Position numbers and translations under genes: made by a program
Sequence record: LR756502.1
DNA: 64,000 nucleotides
Direction: 5' to 3' (one strand)
In this document: one piece after another, positions 47,527-56,687 of the stretch
Position numbering within the stretch: the stretch's first letter is position 1
Layout of the letters: every line of letters begins with the position of its first letter
The notes under the pieces: model-generated
What the model saw: the letters and a program-made list of their open reading frames with translations, nothing else
The model's database searches: none
What the model was told of the DNA's origin: nothing

Positions 47527-49133
47527 AGATTTATCTTAGTTATTTTATATGGGTATTGTCTTTTTATATAAAAACTTTCTCTTTCTTTAAAGTGTCTAAA
47601 TAATATATTTGACATTTCCTTTGATGAGAATACATCCACCAAATCGAATATATTTGCTTTTTTCTTATCATCATGAAGTCGAAGAGCTCTACCAATAGAC
47701 TGTATAATAATTTGCTCAGATTTAAATGAGTCGGCAAATATTATATTGAATATCGCATTAATACTAACTCCGGTTGATAATGTTCCAAAACTTGCAATAA
47801 GAACTTTAACTCTACCATCCGTTTTCTCCATCTCCTTCTTAATTTCCTCTCTTTTCTTACCACTTATCCCACCATCTATATAATAGAAATCTTTATCTGG
47901 ACATTCCTTTTGTAACTTAGATAGTATCTTCTGACCATATTCAATTGTGTGAAATAAAACAAGTGTATTTGAATCACACTTATCGACTATCTTTTTTATA
48001 AAATCTAACCTTGGTTCGGATTGATGAATATATGCTTTTTCTAAATCGAACGCATCTTTACCACTACCACCTCTCCTAACAATAGTCATTCTATCATCAA
48101 ACTCAACGTCATTGTGATTCATTATAACAACTTTAATATCCATAGGTGTTATAATTCCCTTCTCTTTTAATTCAGTTGCTGAAACTTCTGTTATCTTCGG
48201 TCCAAGAACAGATTGTATTGTTAGTATCTCACAAGAGTCATCTGGTGGGAATGTACCAGATACTCCAAATCTTGAGTACGCATGTCCGAATGATCTTTTT
48301 AATATATCTGTTATTGTTTTGGCCTTTGCTCCATGTGCCTCATCTGTAGCTATTGTGTGAAACTGTTGAAAGAATTCTTTAGGCCACTTCTCTAATGATT
48401 GGTAGGTACCGATATAGACATTTGCATTTTGGGTACCTGAGAACTTTCTAGGTCTATCAGACATAACCTCTTCTACTCTAACATCACATGGTTTATGTTC
48501 ACCACTTAGGATATGATCTGATTGCTTTTCTCTCATCTCAACTAGATTATTAGTACCATAGTTATATTCTATTATGTTATCATAGAATTGTGTAACTAGA
48601 GTAATTGATGGGACTATAATAAGGAATTTAGCAGTTGTATCGGTGTTTTTGAGAGTATAAAACATAACAATTGATATGATAAGTGATTTACCACCTGAAG
48701 TAGCAACCTCAGCCATACAATATCTATTTTTAAGAATTTTATAAGCGGCTTCTATTTGGTGATCATATGGCATAAAGGATATCCATTCGCCTTGTTTATT
48801 TCTTACTTTATGTTCTTTGAAAAACTCCTTGCAAAAGTTTTGTACTTTCTCTAGAGTAACATCTCGGTTTAGAGGAAAGTCATCTTTGTTTTCTAGTACA
48901 AAAGGAACATCTATTTCCTTACATCCTCTAACACATTCTTTCCATAGTCCTAGGTTTATCTTACCGTTTCTAAAGTAGGTTTGTTGTCCATTCCACACAC
49001 CCATCTTAAATGCGGGCATATATCTATATCCTTTAACATGACGAGTTAACCATAGATTAATCTGATGATACTCTATTCTAGTAGCATCAGATACAATCAA
49101 TTCTTCTGTTTTCTTATCATATTTAAACTTCAT
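47523..49133 (-). CDS. uvsW: UvsW-like SF2 DNA helicase
   Basis: ATSGGKS, TDEAH, GVSGT, GTLSTGVSI, QSIGRALR; start MKFKYDK inferred. Confidence 0.9.
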   Translation of the reverse strand: MKFKYDKKTEELIVSDATRIEYHQINLWLTRHVKGYRYMPAFKMGVWNGQQTYFRNGKINLGLWKECVRGCKEIDVPFVLENKDDFPLNRDVTLEKVQNFCKEFFKEHKVRNKQGEWISFMPYDHQIEAAYKILKNRYCMAEVATSGGKSLIISIVMFYTLKNTDTTAKFLIIVPSITLVTQFYDNIIEYNYGTNNLVEMREKQSDHILSGEHKPCDVRVEEVMSDRPRKFSGTQNANVYIGTYQSLEKWPKEFFQQFHTIATDEAHGAKAKTITDILKRSFGHAYSRFGVSGTFPPDDSCEILTIQSVLGPKITEVSATELKEKGIITPMDIKVVIMNHNDVEFDDRMTIVRRGGSGKDAFDLEKAYIHQSEPRLDFIKKIVDKCDSNTLVLFHTIEYGQKILSKLQKECPDKDFYYIDGGISGKKREEIKKEMEKTDGRVKVLIASFGTLSTGVSINAIFNIIFADSFKSEQIIIQSIGRALRLHDDKKKANIFDLVDVFSSKEMSNILFRHFKERESFYIKRQYPYKITKINL

Positions 49134-49242
49134 CTCATTATTATATATAAAATAGTCTTTATGTTTTATTATGTGGTTTTTATGTGGTTTTTTACAGAGG
49201 GACATGATGAACAAAGATATATAATAAAAAATAACACTAATT

Positions 49243-49599
49243 ATGGGATTAAAATCATTCTTACAAAAATTCGGTCTTTTCAAAGAGGTTACACCAGTAG
49301 CTGATCAATGTTCTATACCAGAAGTAAAAGCTGAGGCCCCATCAGTTGAGGTTGTAAAGGCTGAAGCAACAAAGGTAATTGAAGACAGATTAGCTGAAGT
49401 AGCAAAAGAAAGAAAAGAAGAAGCTAAGGTTGTTGTAAAAGAAGAACCTAAAGTTACTGCTAAAGAAATAAAGGCTAAACTAAAAAAGGTTCAACCGGTT
49501 GAAGTTAATCCAACTCCCACTAAGAAAGTTGTTAAGGCTAAGGCACCTGTTAAGGCTAAGTCACCTGTTAAGGTTGCTAAACCTGCTAAGAAAAAGTAA
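49243..49599 (+). CDS. Lys/Ala/Pro/Val-rich protein with histone H1-like tail
   Basis: KKVVKAKAPVKAKSPVKVAKPAKKK. Confidence 0.7.
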   Translation: MGLKSFLQKFGLFKEVTPVADQCSIPEVKAEAPSVEVVKAEATKVIEDRLAEVAKERKEEAKVVVKEEPKVTAKEIKAKLKKVQPVEVNPTPTKKVVKAKAPVKAKSPVKVAKPAKKK

Positions 49600-49621
49600 A
49601 AAGTTTTAGAAAAAATATATT

Positions 49622-49650
49622 AAAACCACTTATGTAATTAAGTGGTTTTT
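49622..49650. terminator. bidirectional intrinsic terminator
   Basis: AAAACCACTTA-TGTAAT-TAAGTGGTTTT. Confidence 0.8.
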
Positions 49651-50091
49651 TTATTTTCCTAGTACTTCATCTATCTTATTATTTCTTATTTCAATATGAT
49701 CCTTTTGGAAGTTCCCTCTTATGACGTATCTTGTTGTTGATGATGTTGGGTAAGAATGATGATGTGACTCCTCTAACCAAACATTATAGAATATAAAGTA
49801 GTCATTCTCTGTCATCTTTAACACACCATCAATAAGATCTGATATATTATCAAATTTCATAGTACTACATGTTAAAGCCTTAGATTCAAATTCAAATGTT
49901 GGGGAATCTGTTATGAAGTAAATTCTATGTTCCACTTTTGAAAGAATGTAGTATATCTCATCCTCGGTGAGGATTCCCGTTTCTGATGGTGAAAAGGATT
50001 GGATTTGATTTAATAATGAGTGCTTTCTAGATACTTCTAGAATAAGTCTTTGTATTCTTTCCTCTTTGGAAAGAGCCATTAGGTTTATCAT
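49651..50091 (-). CDS. C-tagged hypothetical protein downstream of clpP
   Basis: Ends IRNNKIDEVLGK. Confidence 0.7.
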   Translation of the reverse strand: MINLMALSKEERIQRLILEVSRKHSLLNQIQSFSPSETGILTEDEIYYILSKVEHRIYFITDSPTFEFESKALTCSTMKFDNISDLIDGVLKMTENDYFIFYNVWLEESHHHSYPTSSTTRYVIRGNFQKDHIEIRNNKIDEVLGK

Positions 50092-50094
50092 TTA

Positions 50095-50763
50095 TTACTT
50101 TCTTTTTATTATGACCTCATCAATCATTCCATATTTTCTAGCTTCTTCAGCATTCATCCAATAATCTCTATCGCTGTCCTTATGTACTCTATCATATGCT
50201 TGTCCGGTCTTTTCAGATATTAGTTCATATAGTTCTTTCTTAAGTGAGTTTATCTCCCTAGCTTCTATTTCCATATCTGATGCTTGTTGAAATCCAGCAT
50301 ATCCGAGTGGTTGATGAATCATTGTTCTGCTTCTTTTAAGCGCCTTCCTTTTACCTTTAGTACCGGAACAAAGTAAAACCGCCGCCATAGATGCTGCTAA
50401 CCCTGTATTTATTGTAACTATGTCTGGCTTGACGAAGTCCATTATATCGAGTAATCCAAGTCCAGAATATACTGATCCACCGGGTGAATCTATGTATATT
50501 TTAATATCTTTTTCTGGATCAGCATTTTCTAGATAAAGAAGTTGTGCCTTTATTATGTTACATATCTCTGAGTCCATTTCAGTTGCTAGAAATATTATTC
50601 TACTATCAAGTAGTTTTGAGTAAACATCAACCACTACACCATCTACTGAGTCGTCTATTATATGTAGTGTGTTATTTTGTTTTTGTATTTTTCTAAAATA
50701 CCCATCAACATAAGTACTACTTATGCCTTGTTTATTTGCAAATTTTCTAAAGTCATTACTCAT
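50095..50763 (-). CDS. clpP: ATP-dependent Clp protease proteolytic subunit
   Basis: YIDSPGGSVYSG, GLAASMAAVLL, MIHQPLG, DRDYWMNAEEA..YGMID. Confidence 0.95.
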   Translation of the reverse strand: MSNDFRKFANKQGISSTYVDGYFRKIQKQNNTLHIIDDSVDGVVVDVYSKLLDSRIIFLATEMDSEICNIIKAQLLYLENADPEKDIKIYIDSPGGSVYSGLGLLDIMDFVKPDIVTINTGLAASMAAVLLCSGTKGKRKALKRSRTMIHQPLGYAGFQQASDMEIEAREINSLKKELYELISEKTGQAYDRVHKDSDRDYWMNAEEARKYGMIDEVIIKRK

Positions 50764-50865
50764 AGATATAATTTCTATTTTTAGTTTTATTGTAATTAAC
50801 TTATAAAGTTTAATCAATAATGTCGGTATTGGAAATTAATATATAATAAAAAATAATATTAAAGC

Positions 50866-51180
50866 ATGAGAACTAAAATTGAAATCAGTGGTTATGAGAT
50901 CGAAATCGAGGAAATCGATGGTGTTATAACAGTAAAAGCTGAAAAAGATGGTGAGACTGTTGAAGAATTCACATTGGAATTAGCTGAAGAAGGTCAAGAA
51001 GATGAAGAGTCTTTGAGAACTTTTGGTGAAGAAGGTCAAGAAGAGGAAGACTTCTCTGGTGAAGAAGGTCAGGAAGAAGGTCAAGAAGAAGAAGAAGGTC
51101 AAGAAGAAGAAGGTCAAGAAGAGGATGAAGAAGAGTCTAAATTAGAGTCTTTCCAATCTTTCATAAATAAAAAGAAGTAA
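50866..51180 (+). CDS. highly acidic EEGQE-repeat protein
   Basis: GAAGAAGGTCAA repeats; ends KLESFQSFINKKK. Confidence 0.75.
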   Translation: MRTKIEISGYEIEIEEIDGVITVKAEKDGETVEEFTLELAEEGQEDEESLRTFGEEGQEEEDFSGEEGQEEGQEEEEGQEEEGQEEDEEESKLESFQSFINKKK

Positions 51181-51186
51181 TTCTGA

Positions 51187-52269
51187 ATGGATATATTAAG
51201 GTTTGATCAATTTATTCGAGAGAGTAAGGATTCTGATTATTTACTTTATTATGCCTTTGACTGGGATGATAATATATTAAGAATGACTACTGTAATCCAT
51301 ATGGAGAAAAAGGAAGGAGATTCTTGGATACCAGTTGATGTATCAACAGCTGAATTTGCTGTTGTCAGAAATGATATTGAAAATTATAGAACATCAGAAG
51401 ATGCCTTTTGTGAGTTCAGAGATTCTGGACCAAGAGGAGAAGATGCATTTCTAATCGATGTTAAGGATGCTATATCTAAAAATAGATTTGGTCCGGCATG
51501 GGATGACTTTATTGAGTGTTTAACACATGGATCAATATTCGCTATTATTACGGCAAGAGGTCACGAGATACCAGCTATGAGAAGAGGAGTTGAGTATATA
51601 ATTGATGATGTTTTAACTATTGAACAACAAGAGCAAATGTATAACTACCTTCTTAAGTATACTTATCTATATAAAGATGAAGAGAATGATCAAGAAAGAA
51701 TCTTAAAAGGAAGAACAAGTGAAAATATCGTAGTTAAAAAATATTTAGATCAATGTGACTTTGTTGGAGTTTCTGCTCCATCAAGAGGAGGATCACCTGC
51801 AAGTCCTGAGAAATCAAAAGAGATTGCTTTATTGGAATTTAAAGATAAAGTAAATAAGCTAGCGGCTTCTATTGGACTTGATGCTAAGATAGGATTCTCT
51901 GATGATGATGTTAAAAATGTTAAGCATATAGAGGATCTTGTTGATAATTTAAATAAAGAGAGATTTCCAAATATTATAGAATTTGTGGTTAAGAACACTA
52001 AAAACCCAAATGACATAACTAAGAAAGTTAGAGTTATGGAAGGAACTAATCAAGGATCTGGATTAGAATCATCTGTTTTATCTTGTACGCAATTTGGTAA
52101 TATGACTGGTAGGTTATATCCATCTGATAAGGAGACTAGACAAGATGATTACTTGAATCAAAGTAAGCGACAGGTAAAATATTTATCTGGTGTATCAAAA
52201 GACTTACAAAAAGAAGTTAAGAGAAGTAGAAAGAAGAAAAAGATAATTACAAAAAAACCCTCTGAGTAG
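51187..52269 (+). CDS. HAD-superfamily phosphatase-like protein, N-tagged
   Basis: FDWDDNI (DxD), ITARGH, GFSDDD. Confidence 0.75.
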   Translation: MDILRFDQFIRESKDSDYLLYYAFDWDDNILRMTTVIHMEKKEGDSWIPVDVSTAEFAVVRNDIENYRTSEDAFCEFRDSGPRGEDAFLIDVKDAISKNRFGPAWDDFIECLTHGSIFAIITARGHEIPAMRRGVEYIIDDVLTIEQQEQMYNYLLKYTYLYKDEENDQERILKGRTSENIVVKKYLDQCDFVGVSAPSRGGSPASPEKSKEIALLEFKDKVNKLAASIGLDAKIGFSDDDVKNVKHIEDLVDNLNKERFPNIIEFVVKNTKNPNDITKKVRVMEGTNQGSGLESSVLSCTQFGNMTGRLYPSDKETRQDDYLNQSKRQVKYLSGVSKDLQKEVKRSRKKKKIITKKPSE

Positions 52270-52278
52270 AGGGTTTTT
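52253..52278. terminator. bidirectional intrinsic terminator
   Basis: AAAAACCCTCT-GAGT-AGAGGGTTTTT. Confidence 0.8.
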
Positions 52279-52281
52279 GTT

Positions 52282-52467
52282 TTATATGATATCCGCATCA
52301 ACTACTAGTATATATAATATCTTACCTTTATATCCAACACAATAGTCTCTACTGGAAAAATTAATTACCGATATCTCTTCTCCAATAATATTTGAATACC
52401 AAAATTTTGGAAAGCTACATTTTTTGATCCTTATTTTTAATTTTGCAACTTCTACTATCTCTTCCAT
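52282..52467 (-). CDS. hypothetical protein
   Basis: Coupled to the metallophosphoesterase stop. Confidence 0.55.
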   Translation of the reverse strand: MEEIVEVAKLKIRIKKCSFPKFWYSNIIGEEISVINFSSRDYCVGYKGKILYILVVDADII

Positions 52468-53195
52468 TATAATTGAGTAAATTTATTTACACTAAGACAA
52501 ACAAACTCAGCATTGCTGTGTAAGAATCTGTAGTTATTATGGAAGTGACCATAATACCAACCTTTTAGGTTATTCTTACCATTCAACATTAATATATTTG
52601 CCATTTCAGTAATTCTATCTCTTTCTAGTCTTAGGTCACTTAGTAGCTCTGCATCATTTTTAGCATACCCATAAACTAAGCTATTTAATGTTTTTGGTTC
52701 ACAAAAATTTGGAGCTGTGTGAGTTATTACTCTATCGATTTGCTCGAACTCTTGTAACTTATCAACATCTAAGTGGAATACCTCATCAACCCACCAAGAA
52801 GCTCTTAAACTCATCATTCTTGGTATTCTATCAATACTAACCGCACCACCAACAAATAGAATTTTTTCAAAGTCTATTTCAATAACAGTGTAGTCTGGTA
52901 TAAATGTAATTCTATTTAGAATTTGCTTTTCATTCATAAAATTATCTGCCTTAAACCAATCAGGCATATCATGGTTTCCTCTTATAATATATAAGTCACA
53001 CTCATAAGTGTTCAATATCTCATTTAGTTTTGTTAACTTTTCAATTTCAACTTCATGTGCATCAAACCCAACTCCAAAATCACCAACTTGTATATAGGCA
53101 ATATTTTTCTCATCATAGTGAACAACGTGGTTCGCTATGATGCTCCAATATCCGTGGATATCTCCTAATAAATATTTCTTATTGTATATTTTCAC
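52467..53195 (-). CDS. calcineurin-like metallophosphoesterase
   Basis: GDIHG, GDFG, RGNHD, THTAP, GHFH. Confidence 0.9.
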   Translation of the reverse strand: MKIYNKKYLLGDIHGYWSIIANHVVHYDEKNIAYIQVGDFGVGFDAHEVEIEKLTKLNEILNTYECDLYIIRGNHDMPDWFKADNFMNEKQILNRITFIPDYTVIEIDFEKILFVGGAVSIDRIPRMMSLRASWWVDEVFHLDVDKLQEFEQIDRVITHTAPNFCEPKTLNSLVYGYAKNDAELLSDLRLERDRITEMANILMLNGKNNLKGWYYGHFHNNYRFLHSNAEFVCLSVNKFTQL

Positions 53196-53571
53196 TTAAA
53201 ATTTGACTTATTTTACTATCTCTTATCTTTTGAGAGTTATTATTATACCATATAATTTCTTTTGTTGGTAACCATTCTTTAAAATATGACTTACTTAACA
53301 AATCTTTATGTGAGTAAGACTCACCAGATGATGCAACTACCGCCACCACTCTTACCTTGGTTAAGGTGCCTGCCTCTCCTATCTCTTCTATCTCAATTGT
53401 AAATTTTCTATAATTGGCCTCAGCCTCTATTATACCAAATCTACCAGTTCCACTAGATAGTATCTTTTTTGTTTTCTGCTTTATTCTCCTACTATTTACT
53501 TTATAAGATACTAAATATCCAGCTATAACACCGATAGTAAGAACTAATAATATTGTTAAATATCCTATCAT
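53179..53571 (-). CDS. N-terminal TM protein, C-tagged
   Basis: Hydrophobic N-terminus; IRDSKISQILS. Confidence 0.7.
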   Translation of the reverse strand: MIGYLTILLVLTIGVIAGYLVSYKVNSRRIKQKTKKILSSGTGRFGIIEAEANYRKFTIEIEEIGEAGTLTKVRVVAVVASSGESYSHKDLLSKSYFKEWLPTKEIIWYNNNSQKIRDSKISQILSENIQ

Positions 53572-53942
53572 TTTCTATCTCCTCCTAAAACATCATCAAT
53601 TTTTTGATCTCTCTTTTCTTGTCTAGTATCATTTGATCCAAACTCCCACTTATCTTTAAATTCCTGTATGAATGATACACCTTCTTCTTTTGTTTTAACC
53701 TTACGACCAAATGTTGATATATTATCATATGACGACATACAAGATAATCTACAACAACAAATGTGTGGTGTCAAATTAAATGAGGACCCATCAGGTACAC
53801 TTGATATAACATAGTATGTCCATGTTACTTTCTCTGTATCAAATATACCATAAACTGAGAAATCAACATCTATACTATTTTTTGGATCTTCTAATTTAAA
53901 TTCCTTTAAGTTTGTTTTGTATAAAAATCTTCCTTTTTTCAT
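53568..53942 (-). CDS. C-tagged hypothetical protein
   Basis: KRDQKIDDVLG; TATATTTG upstream. Confidence 0.7.
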   Translation of the reverse strand: MKKGRFLYKTNLKEFKLEDPKNSIDVDFSVYGIFDTEKVTWTYYVISSVPDGSSFNLTPHICCCRLSCMSSYDNISTFGRKVKTKEEGVSFIQEFKDKWEFGSNDTRQEKRDQKIDDVLGGDRK

Positions 53943-54028
53943 GTGACTTAGCTTAATTTAAACAAATATACAAAATATTCTACACATTATAAAAATAAAC
54001 AAAGGATTTGTTTGCGTGTATAAAGGTT

Positions 54029-55207
54029 ATGGATAAAGTTTATATTAAAGGTCTTGTTCAAAACATATTAAATAAAGAGTTTAGTTCACCTGGAAGGAGA
54101 AAGATAATCGATTTTACTGACAGACTTAATGTTTGCTGTCCATTTTGTGGTGATGGTAAGTCTGAATACAAGAAGAGGGGTAACCTATACTTCAATAAGC
54201 TACTATACATATGTTTTAACTGTGATAAGAAGACATCATTTGATAGAATGTGTAAAGAGTTTAATGAAGTTATTGATCCTGATAAAAAATTGGAGATAAT
54301 ACAACACTTGGATAGTGTTGTTACATATGCTGACTATGAAGATGACTTTGTAAATGCTAAATTTGATAATCTTATTGATCTTGCTCAACTAGAGGTTGTA
54401 TTTAATAACAACACCACACCTATATCTGATTTCAAACCTATACAGGCTAATGGTGGTGTTTATAAATATCTTGTTGGTCGTGGCATATCACCCGAATTAC
54501 ATAAGAATATTTATCAAGCTAAGTACTGGAAGAATGAGGATGAGAGTGAGTGGATAATTGTTATGTTAAATAGAAAGGGTAATAAGGTATTGGGTGCTCA
54601 AGCTCGTAATCTTAAAGAGGGTCGTAGAAGATTTTTCAAGATATATAATTATGAGGCATTGTATAAGTGGGTACATGGTGATGAAATAGAATTTGATATT
54701 AATGAGATGGTTGTCTATAATAAGCTTTCGTATTATTTTAATATACTAAACGTAAACTTTGAGAAGACGATAACGGTCTTTGAAGGTTATATTGATTCAC
54801 TATTTTATCCAAATGCGATAGGACTTGTCGGTGTTAATACCGATTCAAAGTTTCTTGAAACAAATAATTTGGAATTACAATATTTTTTCGATAATGATGA
54901 GGCTGGTTATAAGAAAACTGAACAGAAATTGAAGGAGGGATTTACTGTATTCCTTTGGAAAAAGCTTTTTGATGATATAGTTGAAAAGAAAAAATCTGAT
55001 GATCCATTTAAATTAATGTATCGAATAAGTAAAGTTAAAGATCTTGGTAAATTATCTGAACTTGTTCCTGGTCCATATAAGAAACTAGAGCTTAATAAGT
55101 TCTTTAGTAGAGATGTAATGGATATAAAGTATATACCTAAGTTTAGAAAGAAAAAGAAGGTTGATGAAAAGGATTATGGTAAAGAGTTTAAGTCTTTCTT
55201 GGACTAA
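54029..55207 (+). CDS. T4 gp61-like DNA primase
   Basis: Zn finger CPFCGD...CFNC; TOPRIM FEGYIDS and FFDNDEAG. Confidence 0.88.
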   Translation: MDKVYIKGLVQNILNKEFSSPGRRKIIDFTDRLNVCCPFCGDGKSEYKKRGNLYFNKLLYICFNCDKKTSFDRMCKEFNEVIDPDKKLEIIQHLDSVVTYADYEDDFVNAKFDNLIDLAQLEVVFNNNTTPISDFKPIQANGGVYKYLVGRGISPELHKNIYQAKYWKNEDESEWIIVMLNRKGNKVLGAQARNLKEGRRRFFKIYNYEALYKWVHGDEIEFDINEMVVYNKLSYYFNILNVNFEKTITVFEGYIDSLFYPNAIGLVGVNTDSKFLETNNLELQYFFDNDEAGYKKTEQKLKEGFTVFLWKKLFDDIVEKKKSDDPFKLMYRISKVKDLGKLSELVPGPYKKLELNKFFSRDVMDIKYIPKFRKKKKVDEKDYGKEFKSFLD

Positions 55208-55509
55208 ATAAAAAGTCTTCTTACTTTAAGATTTGGGTTCTTGATGTGTAAGTAGTCAATGAATGGCATCGCTCCTCTTTCATTGTTGCAATCCTTACAA
55301 CAAACTATTAAATTTACTTGACAATTATTACCACCATCCGATATTGGAATTATATGGTCTGATGTTGCGTTGTTGTTTGTTAGCTTATCTCCACAGTATA
55401 TGCATTTGGAGTTTATATTACTTTTTACAAAATCTTTGGCGTAACCACTAGTTCTTCTTTTAACATTCTTACCATTATACTTTAGTCCGACTATGACAAT
55501 GTTTTCCAT
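55204..55509 (-). CDS. HNH endonuclease
   Basis: CIYCG...DHIIPISDGGNN...NLIVCCKDCNNERG; start MENIV inferred (track extension overlaps the next gene). Confidence 0.85.
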   Translation of the reverse strand: MENIVIVGLKYNGKNVKRRTSGYAKDFVKSNINSKCIYCGDKLTNNNATSDHIIPISDGGNNCQVNLIVCCKDCNNERGAMPFIDYLHIKNPNLKVRRLFI

Positions 55510-55750
55510 TATCTTATATTTCTTTCTAAGAATCTCACATGATTTGTAGTTTTTGTTCATTCCTATAGCTAATCTAATTAGCCATTTCCATCTAAAGTAA
55601 GTTGTTTTATCAACAGAAACAAAGTGTGAGTGCTCTGATATGTAAAGGAATTTTAATATTTTAATCAATCTCATTAACATTATATATTCAAAAAGTCTCC
55701 TTCCATGATTTTGGTTTCTGGAATTAATATATAAAAGAAAAATTACCACT

Positions 55751-56092
55751 ATGGCAAACGAGAAAAAAGAAGTAACTCCTGTACCAGTTAAGACCAACAT
55801 ATTTAAAGATGGTTTCTTTGGATGGAATAACTTCAAATGGATCATCACTGAGATTCGTGATATCTATTCAAATAAGGACTCATATTTCTCTAAGAAGAGA
55901 ATTGAATCAGGTATAGCATTTATTATAGCTCAATGGGGAATGATATTCTTCTTATTGAAGAGATATGATAGTATGACCATGTCTGACTTTTTATTTTGGG
56001 CTGGTGTTGAATTCGCAGTTTCTGGATATATCATTAATAAGATACAACAGGAGAAAAAAGATGAGGCATCTGTTGACCCTCCGGTTCAATAG
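55751..56092 (+). CDS. two-TM membrane protein (holin-like topology)
   Basis: Two hydrophobic segments; TAATATATA upstream; terminator after. Confidence 0.6.
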   Translation: MANEKKEVTPVPVKTNIFKDGFFGWNNFKWIITEIRDIYSNKDSYFSKKRIESGIAFIIAQWGMIFFLLKRYDSMTMSDFLFWAGVEFAVSGYIINKIQQEKKDEASVDPPVQ

Positions 56093-56102
56093 TAACTAAA
56101 TA

Positions 56103-56132
56103 AAAAAACCCACTCAAATGAGTGGGTTTTTT
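56103..56132. terminator. bidirectional intrinsic terminator
   Basis: AAAAAACCCACTCA-AA-TGAGTGGGTTTTTT. Confidence 0.85.
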
Positions 56133-56642
56133 TTATTTTCCAAAACTCTTAAAAGTTCTTGTTCTTCTATAACTTTTTGATTCAGATGTTAATTCTTCTT
56201 CTCCTCTTCTCTGATATCTTTCCTCATCTTCTCTTTCACTGAAATCTTTTTCATCATCCAAAACAGGAGTCTCATTATCAAAATCTGGAGCCTCATCTGA
56301 TATATCATTACCACCTTCAGAACTTAAATATTCAACAACCTCATCAGCTGTTTTAAATTTCTTTCTATCAACGTGATACATTTCTGTTTCAGAGAAAAAG
56401 TTTATTACCTTTCCATTATACTCAACTGAATTATCAACTACTTCAGCTCCTAATTTGTCAGCTAACTCAGCTAACATTCTATTGCCTTTATATTGGTGAC
56501 CTTCCTCCTCGGAATAATCTGATTCATCAGATATTTCACCCTGAACTTCGTCTTTAACTTCGTCTTGAATTTCACCCTCTGGGAAATCAAAATCCTCGTT
56601 GATTTTTTTAATATATTGGTTGTATTTCTTAATAATTGCCAT
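56133..56642 (-). CDS. N-tagged acidic protein
   Basis: MAIIKKYNQYIKKINE; ends RTRTFKSFGK. Confidence 0.75.
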   Translation of the reverse strand: MAIIKKYNQYIKKINEDFDFPEGEIQDEVKDEVQGEISDESDYSEEEGHQYKGNRMLAELADKLGAEVVDNSVEYNGKVINFFSETEMYHVDRKKFKTADEVVEYLSSEGGNDISDEAPDFDNETPVLDDEKDFSEREDEERYQRRGEEELTSESKSYRRTRTFKSFGK

Positions 56643-56687
56643 GTTTAATACTTTCTTTTTGTATAGATATATATTAAAATTAAATAT

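Noticed and set aside
55204-55848. 214-aa HNH protein as given in the track, or a homing endonuclease in an intron
   Set aside because: The N-terminal extension is the antisense of the 55751 gene and its promoter; the primase is uninterrupted, so there is no intron.
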